Part shown: piece by piece, positions 1-8,968 of the stretch | How the letters are laid out: every line of letters begins with the position of its first letter | How positions within the stretch are numbered: position 1 is the first letter of the stretch | From: Armatimonadota bacterium | Lineage (GTDB): Bacteria; Armatimonadota; UBA10988 | Assembly: GCA_016235455.1 (NCBI GenBank) | Contig: JACRKZ010000096.1 | Coordinates: 1 to 31,962 of the forward strand | Reading direction: 5' to 3' | Length of the DNA stretch: 31,962 bases | Position numbers and translations under genes: made by a program | The notes under the pieces: generated by a model | Database searches by the model: none | Seen by the model: the letters and a program-made list of their open reading frames with translations, nothing else | What the model was told of the DNA's origin: nothing

Positions 1-2871
1 ACCACGCTGTCCGGCTGCTGGGTGCTCTACGACGCGCTCAAGCTCGAGGCCGCCGGCTGGACCCGCCAGCCGGTGCCGACCGCCGCGGTGTTCTCCGCGC
101 GCGCGGACAATGTGCTCAGCCGGCGCGACGGCGAGTTGCGGCAAGTGGTCAACGCCCAGGTGCGGCTGCTCGGCAAAGCCACCGAGGGCACGTTCAGTGT
201 CGGTGGCAAGCCGCTCGCCACGGTGGCCCTCAAGCCCGGCACGCAGGACATCGACCTGGCCCTGCCCGAGGTGAACCGGCCCACGCCGGTCACGCTACGC
301 CTGACCGTGGCGGGCACCGAGCCGACCGAGCAGAGCGTCGAACTGCGGCCGGTGCGCCACCTGACCATCTATCTGCTGCCCCACAGCCATGTCGACATCG
401 GCTACACGGCGCGTCAGGCCGATGTGGTCGACCGGCAGGTGGACAACCTCAACCGGGCCCTGGCGCTCATCGCCAAGTCGAAGGACTATCCCGAGGGCAG
501 CCGCTTCCGCTGGAACACGGAGGTGCAGTGGGGCCTTGATCATTGGCTCGAGCGCGCCACGCCCGAGCAGCGCGCGACCATGATGGCCGCCATCCACGAC
601 GGGCAGATCGGGCTGGGCGCGCTGTACGGCAACCTGCTCACCGGCCTGTGCCGACCCGAGGAACTGTTGGCCGCGACGACCTTTGCCCGCCGCGTGGGCG
701 CCGAGGCCGGGGTCAAGGTCGAAGCGGCGATGATCAGCGACGTGCCCGGCTACACCTGGGGCACGATGACCGCGCTGGCCGAGGCCGGCGTGAAGTACTT
801 TTCCATTGGCCCCAACTTCGGCGACCGCATCGGCACGACCATGTCGTGGCAGAACAAGCCGTTCTACTGGCGCACGCCCGACGGCGGCGCCAAGGTGCTG
901 TGCTGGGTACCACGCACGGGCTATGCCATCGGCCATCTGTGGGGCCGGCTCATCCCGCATGTCCCCGAATACGTGGCCGGGCTGGAAGCCGAGAAGTACC
1001 CGTATGACATCAGCTACCTGCGCTGGAACGTCGGTGGCGACAACGGCCCGCCCGATGAGCACCTGGCCGACGACGTGAAGGCCTGGAACGAGCGCTACGC
1101 GTATCCCAAGCTGGTCATCGCCACCACCGCCGAGGCGTTCGGCGCGTTCGAGCGGGCCTATGGCTCGCGCCTACCCGAGGTGCGGGGCGACTGGACCCCC
1201 TACTGGGAAGACGGCGCCGGCTCCACGGCCAGCGAGACCGGGCTCAACCGGCTGGCCGCGGAACGCCTGGTGCAGGCCGAGGCGCTCATGGCGCTGGACG
1301 GCCGGGCCATCCCGGCGCGCAGCGTGGACGATGCCTGGCGCAACGTGCTGCTCTACTCCGAGCACACCTGGGGCGCCTACAACTCCATCTCCGAGCCCGA
1401 CAACCCGTTCGCCAAGGACCAATGGCGCGTCAAGCAGGCCTTCGCGCTGGATGCCGACCGGCAGTCGCGCGAGCTGCTGAGCGCCGCGCTCGACACCGGC
1501 GCGACGACCATCGCCAACACCGTGGAGGTGCGCAACACGAACTCCTGGCCACGAACGGATCTGGTGCTGGTGCCGCGCGCGCTGTCTGCCGCCGGCGACC
1601 GGGTGGTCGACGATGCGGGCCAGACCGTGCCCAGCCAGCGGCTGCGCTCGGGCGAGTTGGCCTTCGTGGCCGAGGCGGTGCCCGCGCTCGGCATGCGGCG
1701 CTACGAGATCCAGGCTGGCGCGGCCGGCGGCGGCTCCGCTCAGGCCTCGGCCGACAGCCTGACCAGCCGACTGGTCAGCGTGCGGCTGGACCCACGCACA
1801 GGCGATCTGGTCAGCCTGAAGTGCGCCGGCTCGGCCGAGGAGTTGGTCGACACCCGCGGTGGGCTCGGGCTCAACAGCTACCGCTATCTGCTCGGCGCCA
1901 ACCCGGCCGACGCCCAGGCCAACGGGCCGGCGACGCTGCGCGTGGGCGAGTCCGGTCCGCTGGTCGTCTCGCTGGTGGCCGAAAGCGGCGCGCCCGGCTG
2001 CCGCAAGCTGACGCGCGAGGTGCGCCTGGTCGACGGGCTGGACCGCGTGGAATTGCTCAACACCATCGACAAGCTGCCCGAACGGCGGAAGGAAGGCGTG
2101 CACCTCGGCTTCCCGCTGGCGGTGCCCGACGGCCAGATCCGGCTGGATATGCCGTTGACGGTCATCCGGCCCGAGGCCGACCAGATCATGGGCTCGTGCC
2201 GGAACTGGATGGCCATCGGCCGCTGGGCCGACGTGTCCAATGCCGACCGCGGTGTGACCCTGGCCACGCTCGACGCCCCGCTGTTCGAGATCGGTGGCAT
2301 CACCGCCAACCTGCTCGGCTCGCAGACCAACCCGGCCGCCTGGCGCGCGAAGATCGAGCCCACCCAGACGCTGTGGTGCTGGGCGCTGAACAATCACTGG
2401 CACACCAACTACAAAGCCGACCAGGAGGGCCCGCTGCCGTTCCGGTTCGTGCTGCGCCCGCACGCCGCGTACAGCGCGGTGGAGGCCCAGCGCTTCGGCA
2501 TCGCCCAGAGCCAGCCGCTGCTGGTCACCGCGGCCAGCGGCGCCGTGCGCCGGCCGCTGCTCAGCGTGGGCTCGCCCGACGTCATGGTCTCGCTGCTCAA
2601 GCCGGCGCATGACGGGCGCGGCATCATCGTGCGGCTGTGGGGCTGCTCGGGCAAGACCGCCAAGCCGAAGCTGACCTGGGCGGACCCGCAGCCCACGGCG
2701 CTGTATCGCAGCGACCTGGCCGAGGCGGCGACCGAACTGCTCGACGAGGCGCCACCGGTGCCCGGCTGGGGCGTGGTCACGCTGCGCGCCGAGTGGGGCG
2801 AGCCGCGGCCCGGCGCGCTGCCGACCGGCCGGACGCGTGACGCGGGCGCGCCGCACTCGACGCTGTGGTGA
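1..2871 (+). CDS. GH38-like alpha-mannosidase / glycoside hydrolase, multi-domain; 5'-truncated by the window edge
   Basis: Frame is open from base 1 (TTLSGCWVLYDALKLE...), so GTG 22 is probably not the start. GH38-type metal motif HSHVD, nucleophile-region SDVPG, middle-domain YWEDG and EHTWG, and C-terminal supersandwich motif NNHWHTNY. Confidence 0.85.
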   Translation, partial: TTLSGCWVLYDALKLEAAGWTRQPVPTAAVFSARADNVLSRRDGELRQVVNAQVRLLGKATEGTFSVGGKPLATVALKPGTQDIDLALPEVNRPTPVTLRLTVAGTEPTEQSVELRPVRHLTIYLLPHSHVDIGYTARQADVVDRQVDNLNRALALIAKSKDYPEGSRFRWNTEVQWGLDHWLERATPEQRATMMAAIHDGQIGLGALYGNLLTGLCRPEELLAATTFARRVGAEAGVKVEAAMISDVPGYTWGTMTALAEAGVKYFSIGPNFGDRIGTTMSWQNKPFYWRTPDGGAKVLCWVPRTGYAIGHLWGRLIPHVPEYVAGLEAEKYPYDISYLRWNVGGDNGPPDEHLADDVKAWNERYAYPKLVIATTAEAFGAFERAYGSRLPEVRGDWTPYWEDGAGSTASETGLNRLAAERLVQAEALMALDGRAIPARSVDDAWRNVLLYSEHTWGAYNSISEPDNPFAKDQWRVKQAFALDADRQSRELLSAALDTGATTIANTVEVRNTNSWPRTDLVLVPRALSAAGDRVVDDAGQTVPSQRLRSGELAFVAEAVPALGMRRYEIQAGAAGGGSAQASADSLTSRLVSVRLDPRTGDLVSLKCAGSAEELVDTRGGLGLNSYRYLLGANPADAQANGPATLRVGESGPLVVSLVAESGAPGCRKLTREVRLVDGLDRVELLNTIDKLPERRKEGVHLGFPLAVPDGQIRLDMPLTVIRPEADQIMGSCRNWMAIGRWADVSNADRGVTLATLDAPLFEIGGITANLLGSQTNPAAWRAKIEPTQTLWCWALNNHWHTNYKADQEGPLPFRFVLRPHAAYSAVEAQRFGIAQSQPLLVTAASGAVRRPLLSVGSPDVMVSLLKPAHDGRGIIVRLWGCSGKTAKPKLTWADPQPTALYRSDLAEAATELLDEAPPVPGWGVVTLRAEWGEPRPGALPTGRTRDAGAPHSTLW

Positions 2872-2874
2872 CCC

Positions 2875-3822
2875 TCAGCGCCTGACGCCGACATAGGCCT
2901 GCCACACGCCAACCGGGTAGGTGTTGACCTGTTCGAGGCCAGCGGCCTCGAACAGGTCGGGCACGGTGAGGTGCGCCAGATTGGGGTTGTGCTCGGGATA
3001 CTCCGGCCCAACCGCGTCGAAGGGCGCGATGACATGCACATGCCCGCCGACTTTGAGCAGGCCCGCCAGCCGCCGCAGCACGTCCTGCGGGTCGTCCATG
3101 TGCTCCAGCACGTGGTAGGCGTGGACGAGATCGAAGGACTCGAGCGGCAGGCTGGCCCATTCGTCGAGCACCTGGATGCGGTCGGCCAGATGCGGGTAGT
3201 ACCGTGCCACGCGGAACCGCAGGAAGGCCCGCATGACCTCGCTGATGTCGTAGGCAGCGATGGGACCGTACTGCGCCGACCGCAACACCAGCCCGCCCGA
3301 GCCGTGGGCCAGTTCGAACTGGCGTAGTTGGGCCTCGGCGGCCGGCTGCTGCACGGGGATGGGATCCTCGTAGACGATCAATTCGTAGAGGTAGGCATCG
3401 GTCGTGCCGTAGAAGGCCTCGCGCTCGGCCGTGGAGGCCGTCGGTGCGCTGTCCCAGGCCTCCTTGGTGCGCACGATGCCGGCATGGCACTTGGCCAGCA
3501 CCAGCTCGCGCGACTCGCCCGTAAAGGCCGCCAACTGGTCGAAGCGGTCGGGAAAGGTCGACCGCCGCAGCAGCCACCAGGCCGCGTCGTCGCCGTCCTC
3601 CTGAGCGGCGAGCGAACACTCGACCGCCACGCCCGCGCACCACGCCTGCGTCTCGCTCGCATCGCGCAGGTAGATGAAGCAGGTGCCGCCTGGCGTGGAG
3701 CGGTGGTACCAGACGGCCAGTATCAACGTCAGCGCCGAGCTGTTCGTGGGTGTGTCCAGCAGCAGCACCTCGGGCAGCCCGAAGCCGGCCTTGGTCAACT
3801 CCTCGCACGTCAACTGCAACAT
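2875..3822 (-). CDS. Class I SAM-dependent methyltransferase with N-terminal extension (315 aa)
   Basis: SFDLVHAYHVLEHMDDP...LLKVGG is a typical methyltransferase core; motif I variant FELAHGSGG; AYDIS acidic motif. Start moved to ATG 3822, which has GAGG upstream; the longer ORF start overlaps the divergent gene. Confidence 0.75.
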   Translation of the reverse strand: MLQLTCEELTKAGFGLPEVLLLDTPTNSSALTLILAVWYHRSTPGGTCFIYLRDASETQAWCAGVAVECSLAAQEDGDDAAWWLLRRSTFPDRFDQLAAFTGESRELVLAKCHAGIVRTKEAWDSAPTASTAEREAFYGTTDAYLYELIVYEDPIPVQQPAAEAQLRQFELAHGSGGLVLRSAQYGPIAAYDISEVMRAFLRFRVARYYPHLADRIQVLDEWASLPLESFDLVHAYHVLEHMDDPQDVLRRLAGLLKVGGHVHVIAPFDAVGPEYPEHNPNLAHLTVPDLFEAAGLEQVNTYPVGVWQAYVGVRR

Positions 3823-3944
3823 GGCGGCGCCTCGGGAAGACAGACACCCGCTCCGGCACGGCGTTGCCAGCCGCGGGTCTGGCGGGCAGGAGTCGGCCGG
3901 CGCGCCGCCAACTGGGCAGGGCAACACAGCGGGAGCACCTCCTG

Positions 3945-5204
3945 ATGACCAGCCGACAGCGGCTTGCGGCAACGCTCAATCACGAGACACCGGACCGCGT
4001 CTGCGTCGATTTCGGCGCGACACCGGTGTCGGGCATGCACGTGTCCGTGGTGCACGCTCTGAGACAGCGGGTGCTGGGCGATCCCGACTGGCGGGTGAAG
4101 GTGATCGAGCCGTACCAGATGCTCGGCGAAGTGGACGACGAGCTGCGCGAGGCACTGGGCATCGACACCGTGGGCCTGTGGGGCCGCACCAGCATGTTCG
4201 GCACCGAGGGGCGCGACTGGAAGGAATGGGAGCTGTTCGACGGCACGCCGTGTCTCGTGCCCGGCGCGTTCAACCTGACGCCCGCGCCCGATGGCGGCTG
4301 GCTGATGTATCCCCAGGGCGACCAGACCGCGCCGGCCAGCGGGCACATGCCGCGCGGGCAGTACTTCTTCGACACGCTCATCCGCCAGGAGCCGATCATC
4401 GAGGAGGCGCTCGACCCCGCGGACAACACCGAGGAGTTCGGCCTGCTGTCCGAGGCCGACATCGCCCACTGGGAGGCGCGCGCCGACTGGTATGACCAGC
4501 ACGCCGACGCCGGGTGTGTGCTCGTCGCACCGGGCGCGGCGTTCGGGGATATCGCGCTGGTGCCCGCGCCGTTCCTGCGGCATCCGCGCGGCATCCGCGA
4601 TGTGGAGGAGTGGTACATCTCCACGGCCATCCGCCGCGACTACGTCAAGGCCGTGTTCGAGCGGCAGTGCGAGGTGGCCCTGGCCAACCTGCTCACACTG
4701 GCCGACATCATGGGCGACCGCGTCCAGGCGGTCATGGTGACCGGCACGGACTTCGGCACGCAGCGCGGCCCGTTCATCTCGGTCGACGCCTACCGCGACC
4801 TGTTCGCGCCGTTCCACCAGCGCGTCAACGAGTTCATCCACGAGCGCACCGGCTGGAAGACGTTCATCCACTCGTGCGGGTCGGTGCGTGCGCTGCTGCC
4901 CGACTTCGTCCGGGCCGGCTTCGACATCCTCAACCCCGTGCAGTGCTCGGCGGTCGACATGGACGCGCGCGCGCTCAAGCGCGAGTTCGGCCGGCACTTC
5001 ACGTTCTGGGGCGGTGGCGTCGACACGCAGAAGACGATGGCCTTCGGCACGCCGCTGGAGGTGTATCGCGAAGTGTCGGAACGAGTCGCTGTCTTCGGCG
5101 AGGATGGCGGTTTCGTGTTCAATGCAGTGCATAATGTCCAAGGGAACACCCCACTGGACAATGTGCAGGCGCTGTTCCGAGCCCTTTCGGACAGCGCGGA
5201 GTGA
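3945..5204 (+). CDS. Uroporphyrinogen decarboxylase-family (URO-D/MtaA/CmuA-like) protein, 419 aa
   Basis: N-terminal MTSRQRL...NHETPDRV, DFGTQRGPFIS, FIHSCGS (HxC), ILNPVQ, FWGGGVDTQ, GGFVFNAVHNVQ; GGGAG RBS at 3931-3935. Confidence 0.88.
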   Translation: MTSRQRLAATLNHETPDRVCVDFGATPVSGMHVSVVHALRQRVLGDPDWRVKVIEPYQMLGEVDDELREALGIDTVGLWGRTSMFGTEGRDWKEWELFDGTPCLVPGAFNLTPAPDGGWLMYPQGDQTAPASGHMPRGQYFFDTLIRQEPIIEEALDPADNTEEFGLLSEADIAHWEARADWYDQHADAGCVLVAPGAAFGDIALVPAPFLRHPRGIRDVEEWYISTAIRRDYVKAVFERQCEVALANLLTLADIMGDRVQAVMVTGTDFGTQRGPFISVDAYRDLFAPFHQRVNEFIHERTGWKTFIHSCGSVRALLPDFVRAGFDILNPVQCSAVDMDARALKREFGRHFTFWGGGVDTQKTMAFGTPLEVYREVSERVAVFGEDGGFVFNAVHNVQGNTPLDNVQALFRALSDSAE

Positions 5205-5208
5205 GGCC

Positions 5209-7998
5209 ATGCGCCGCCTGTTCGTCGCTCTGATCCTGCTCGCCACACCGTGTCTGAGCGCGCCTCGGGCCGGTGTGGGCGGAGTCATCCGCATGGGCTA
5301 TGGCGGCGTGCTGCTGCGCGCGGGCATCCCGTTCGACTACCTCACCACCGCCGAGCAGTGCGACCCCAAGGTGTTGGCCCGCTACGATGTCATCCTCCAA
5401 GCTGGCATGGCCTACGATCGCGAGCGCTGGCGGTCCGATGCCGAGGCCGCGCTCGACCAGTACGTGCGAGCCGGCGGCAAGCTGATCTGCGAGATGGACG
5501 TGCGCCTGCCGGGCGCCATGGGCAAGTGGAAGCTCGACGGCAGATGGAGCTACCCCAAGCGCGTCGATCGCAACTTCGCCCTCGTGCCCACGCCGGACCG
5601 GCCGCGGTTCGCGGCGGGCCTCAAGGCCGGCAAGGTCTGGGAATGCGGTGGCCCGATCAGCGTCGTGCGCGGCCTGCCGCCGCAAGCCCGCACGCTGGCG
5701 CGATTCGTCGAAGGGCCCGCCCGAGACCAGCCCGCGGCCGTAGCGCTCGATTACGGCCGGGGCCGGCTGATCTTCATGGCGCCACTGCTCTCGTATGTGC
5801 AGGGCAACTGGCGCGGCGTCTATGACGACCTGATCCTCGCCGCCGTGACCGACTTGACCGACGGCCGGCTGCGCCGCGTGTGGGCCACCGAGGCGGGCGA
5901 CACCGTCACACCGCCGGAGCCCGCCGCGCCCGAAGCTGCCGAACTGCCCGGGCTGACGCTGGTCGGCTCGCCGGGCGAGGGCGGCTATGCCGTGCGCATC
6001 CCGGTGCCGCCCGCCACGGCCAGGCGCCGCCTGGTGCTCGACCGCGGCGAGGACCGCATCGACACCACCCTGACCGCCGACCGATTGACCGAAGGTGGTC
6101 GCGAACTCAAGCTCCCGGCGGGCCGCGAACTGGTCATCCTGCGCACGGCCAGCCGGCTCAATGTGCTGCTCGACGGCCGCGGCCTGGTCAGCCTGCCCCG
6201 CCGCGGCCCGGCCGGCCCGCTGTATGCCGACAGCGCCGACGGCCTGACCTTCCAGCCGCTGGAGTCGCTGTACTTCGCCGACGACTTCACCAAGGAAGGG
6301 CCGCTGACCGACCCCTGGCGAGCACCGCGCGGCGAATGGCTGTGCGGTGGCCCGCACCGGCTCGACAGCGCGGTGCCCGGCTTTGCCGTGCGCGCCTGGT
6401 CGGGCTCGGCGCGCACCGGCAGTTGGTTCTGGACCGAGCAGACTCTGAGTGTCGCCGTGCAGCCGCGCTCGGCGCAGGCCGTCCGCCTGGAGTTGGGCCG
6501 CTGGGACGACGCCAACCGGCTGGAGGCCTGGGTGCCCGTGGACCGCGGCGGCGGCGCGCTGGTGTTGTGGCGCGGCGGGCAGCGGCAGGTCCTGGCCGAA
6601 GGGCTGCCGGCGCTGCCGCGGCTGCAGTGGTCGCGGGTCGCGCTGTCAGCGCGCGATGGCCGCGCCAGCCTGAGTGTCGATGGCCAGACCCGCTCGGTGC
6701 CGCTCGCGACGCCACTGGCGGGCGGCATCGCGCTCGACGCGCAGCAGGGCGACGCGCTGTTCGACGATGTCGAGGTGAGCGACGGCGACGACGCCACGCG
6801 GGCCGCGCGAGCCGTGCACCCGGCGCGCTTCGACAAAGGGCCCGAAGGCCTGCTCGACCGCGACACCTGGGCCCATCCCGCGGCCTGTTGGCTGCCGGTG
6901 AGCGCCAACCGATTCGAGTATGTCGGCCGCTTGGTGGGCGACTTCACGCTGACCCTTCCGGTACGCGAGGCCGGAGGCGGCTCGCGGCTGACCGTGGGCG
7001 CCCAGCGCGACGGCAAACCCGACGTCTATGGCGACTGGGACGCCTCCAAGTTGGCCGGCGGAGGCGGCGTGCAGATCTCGCGCCGCGCTGGCGAGATGAC
7101 CGTGCGGCGCTTTGGCGACGGCCGCGACGAGCGGCGCGTGTTCCCGGCGAGCGGCTCCGTGCGGCCGTGGGTCGAAGTCTCCGGGCTGTCGCTGGCCGCG
7201 GGCGACCTGGACGTCAAGGCCGCCGATGTACTGGAGTACATTGCCGACCAGGCGCCGGCCGACTTCTGGGCCACCGAGGGCGACTGGACCGTGGGTTCAC
7301 GCTGGCCGTGTACGCCCGAGTACGCCTGGATGATCGGCAGCAGCCCGGGCTGGGCCGCGCTGTGGACCAAGCATGCCTACGACGGCCCGCAGACCGTCTG
7401 GACCTACCTCGGGGTGCGCATGCAGGGCGCCTATGCCACGGAGGAAGGCGAGCCTTTCAAGCGGCTGCGCGTCACCCTCGGCGGCAACGGGCGCGACCCG
7501 CTGAGCGGCTATGTGGTCGAACTGGGCAGCGATGTGCAAGGCTTCTGCCGGCTCTATCGCTACGAGCGCCCGCACCGCAAGCGCGAAGACTGGCAGCACC
7601 GCCCGCCCGTGGTGGCGACGGCCGCGCGCGACCTGGCCAACCAGCGCGAGGTGCACAACATGTGGGGCAGCCTGCGCATCGACCGCGACGGGCCGCGCAT
7701 CCGGGTCTGGTACCAGAACCAGCCGCTGCTGGACTACACCGACCCCAAGCCGCTGCCCGGTGGCCAGGTGGCGCTGTGGACCGAACGCAATGCCGTGGTG
7801 ACGCCCTACTTCGCGGTGTTCGGCGCGGCCAGCGCCAAGCCGCGGGAGATGCCGCGCGATCTGCAGAAGCAGCGCCTCGACCAGGACCGCGGCCATCGCT
7901 CGCGACCCGGCTTCAACCCGCTGCCGGCCACGCACGCGCTGGAGCGGATGCTGCCCTGGCTGGCTCGGCTGGGCCAGCGCATGGGCGAGGAGGCGTGA
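5209..7998 (+). CDS. Large secreted hypothetical protein (929 aa): glutamine-amidotransferase-like N-terminal domain plus probable ConA/LamG-like (DUF1080-like) beta-sandwich domains
   Basis: Signal peptide MRRLFVALILLATPCLSA. 'LARYDVILQ...ALDQYVRAGGKLI...YGRGRLIF' is GATase1-like. 'FADDF...GGIAL...FDDVEV' and 'YTDPKPLPGGQVALW' resemble DUF1080/LamG ends. ATG lies 4 nt after the previous stop. Confidence 0.7.
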   Translation: MRRLFVALILLATPCLSAPRAGVGGVIRMGYGGVLLRAGIPFDYLTTAEQCDPKVLARYDVILQAGMAYDRERWRSDAEAALDQYVRAGGKLICEMDVRLPGAMGKWKLDGRWSYPKRVDRNFALVPTPDRPRFAAGLKAGKVWECGGPISVVRGLPPQARTLARFVEGPARDQPAAVALDYGRGRLIFMAPLLSYVQGNWRGVYDDLILAAVTDLTDGRLRRVWATEAGDTVTPPEPAAPEAAELPGLTLVGSPGEGGYAVRIPVPPATARRRLVLDRGEDRIDTTLTADRLTEGGRELKLPAGRELVILRTASRLNVLLDGRGLVSLPRRGPAGPLYADSADGLTFQPLESLYFADDFTKEGPLTDPWRAPRGEWLCGGPHRLDSAVPGFAVRAWSGSARTGSWFWTEQTLSVAVQPRSAQAVRLELGRWDDANRLEAWVPVDRGGGALVLWRGGQRQVLAEGLPALPRLQWSRVALSARDGRASLSVDGQTRSVPLATPLAGGIALDAQQGDALFDDVEVSDGDDATRAARAVHPARFDKGPEGLLDRDTWAHPAACWLPVSANRFEYVGRLVGDFTLTLPVREAGGGSRLTVGAQRDGKPDVYGDWDASKLAGGGGVQISRRAGEMTVRRFGDGRDERRVFPASGSVRPWVEVSGLSLAAGDLDVKAADVLEYIADQAPADFWATEGDWTVGSRWPCTPEYAWMIGSSPGWAALWTKHAYDGPQTVWTYLGVRMQGAYATEEGEPFKRLRVTLGGNGRDPLSGYVVELGSDVQGFCRLYRYERPHRKREDWQHRPPVVATAARDLANQREVHNMWGSLRIDRDGPRIRVWYQNQPLLDYTDPKPLPGGQVALWTERNAVVTPYFAVFGAASAKPREMPRDLQKQRLDQDRGHRSRPGFNPLPATHALERMLPWLARLGQRMGEEA

Positions 7999-8968
7999 TG
8001 CGCGGCTGTACCGCACGGCTGGCCTGGCTGCGCACGCCGCAGGCCCGACTGCTCTTCCTGGCGCCCGCGCTGAGCCAGATGCTGATCGGCGCCAAGTCGC
8101 CGGGCGAGTTCCTCCATCCCCAGAACCTGTTCGTCGCGCTGGTGGTCTATGGGTGCGGCGCGCTGGTCGTCCACGACCTGGCCCGGCGCTGGTCCGACGG
8201 CGTCGAAGGCACCTTCTGGCCGCGCCTGCTGTGGCTGGCGGCGGCCTACGGCGTGCTGGTCGACGGCGTCATGCTGGGCAGCTACACCAGCCTCGACTGG
8301 AGCCGCCTGGGCCGCCTGGCCGACACCAACCACGGGCACCTGTTGGGCCTCAACCTGACCTGGTCAGTCATGGCCCTGGCCCACCATGTGGCGCTGGCGG
8401 TGGTGGTGCCAATCGCCCTGATCGAGTTGATGGACCCGGACGCGGGGGGCCGCGCCTGGCTCGGACCAAAGGGTCTGCGACGGTGCAACCGGCTGTTCTA
8501 CGCGGCGGTGGTCTTCGGTGCCCTGGCCCAGCAGCAGCGCGGTTCCAAGGCGGCCTATGCCTTCGTCTGCCTGCTGGCCGTGTTGCTCTGGCGCAAGGCC
8601 CGCTGGTGGCGGCCTCGTCCGGCAAGATCTTCCGCGTCCTGCGCATCTTCCTGGGCTCGCTGCTGCTGCTGACGGTGTTCATTCGCCGACTGGGTCGACG
8701 CATGAGCTTCGGCTGGTCCGACCGGCATACACTGGCCGCGGCCGCGGGCCCGTTGCTGGTCTATGCGGTCCTGGCCTTCTACGCGGCACACGACGCCTAC
8801 CACGGCGAGTACCCGCGTGGCATGGGGCTGGTAGGACTGGCGACGCTGGTCTGGGTGTGGCGGCTGCGGCGCACCCTCCGCCGCCGCGAGGCCGCCGCCG
8901 CGCGGCCGGAAGTCCCCTTGCCGGCCATGGGCGATAGTGGAGAGCCCGCCATCGGGGATGAGCCATGA
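7998..8968 (+). pseudogene. Polytopic membrane protein split by a frameshift near 8600-8615 (or a sequencing error)
   Basis: ATG 7998 overlaps the upstream stop (TGATG). The hydrophobic ORF runs to ...LLWRKARWW, then its codons lose GC3 bias. The -1 frame continues with GC3-rich hydrophobic codons (GKIFRVLRIFLGSLLLL...GMGLVGLATLVWVW) and ends at 8968, overlapping the next ATG (ATGA). Confidence 0.65.

Noticed and set aside
3945-5204. hemE assignment
   Set aside because: Lacks the HemE N-terminal RQAGR motif, has the HxC motif of the methyltransferase-like branch, and no haem genes are adjacent.
3750-5208. Longer upstream starts given by the ORF track (3750, 4888, 3972 on minus; likewise 10305, 14387, 18151, 26146, 26237, 29373)
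   Set aside because: The extensions overlap neighbours or promoters. Downstream ATGs have an RBS and begin with family N-termini or signal peptides.
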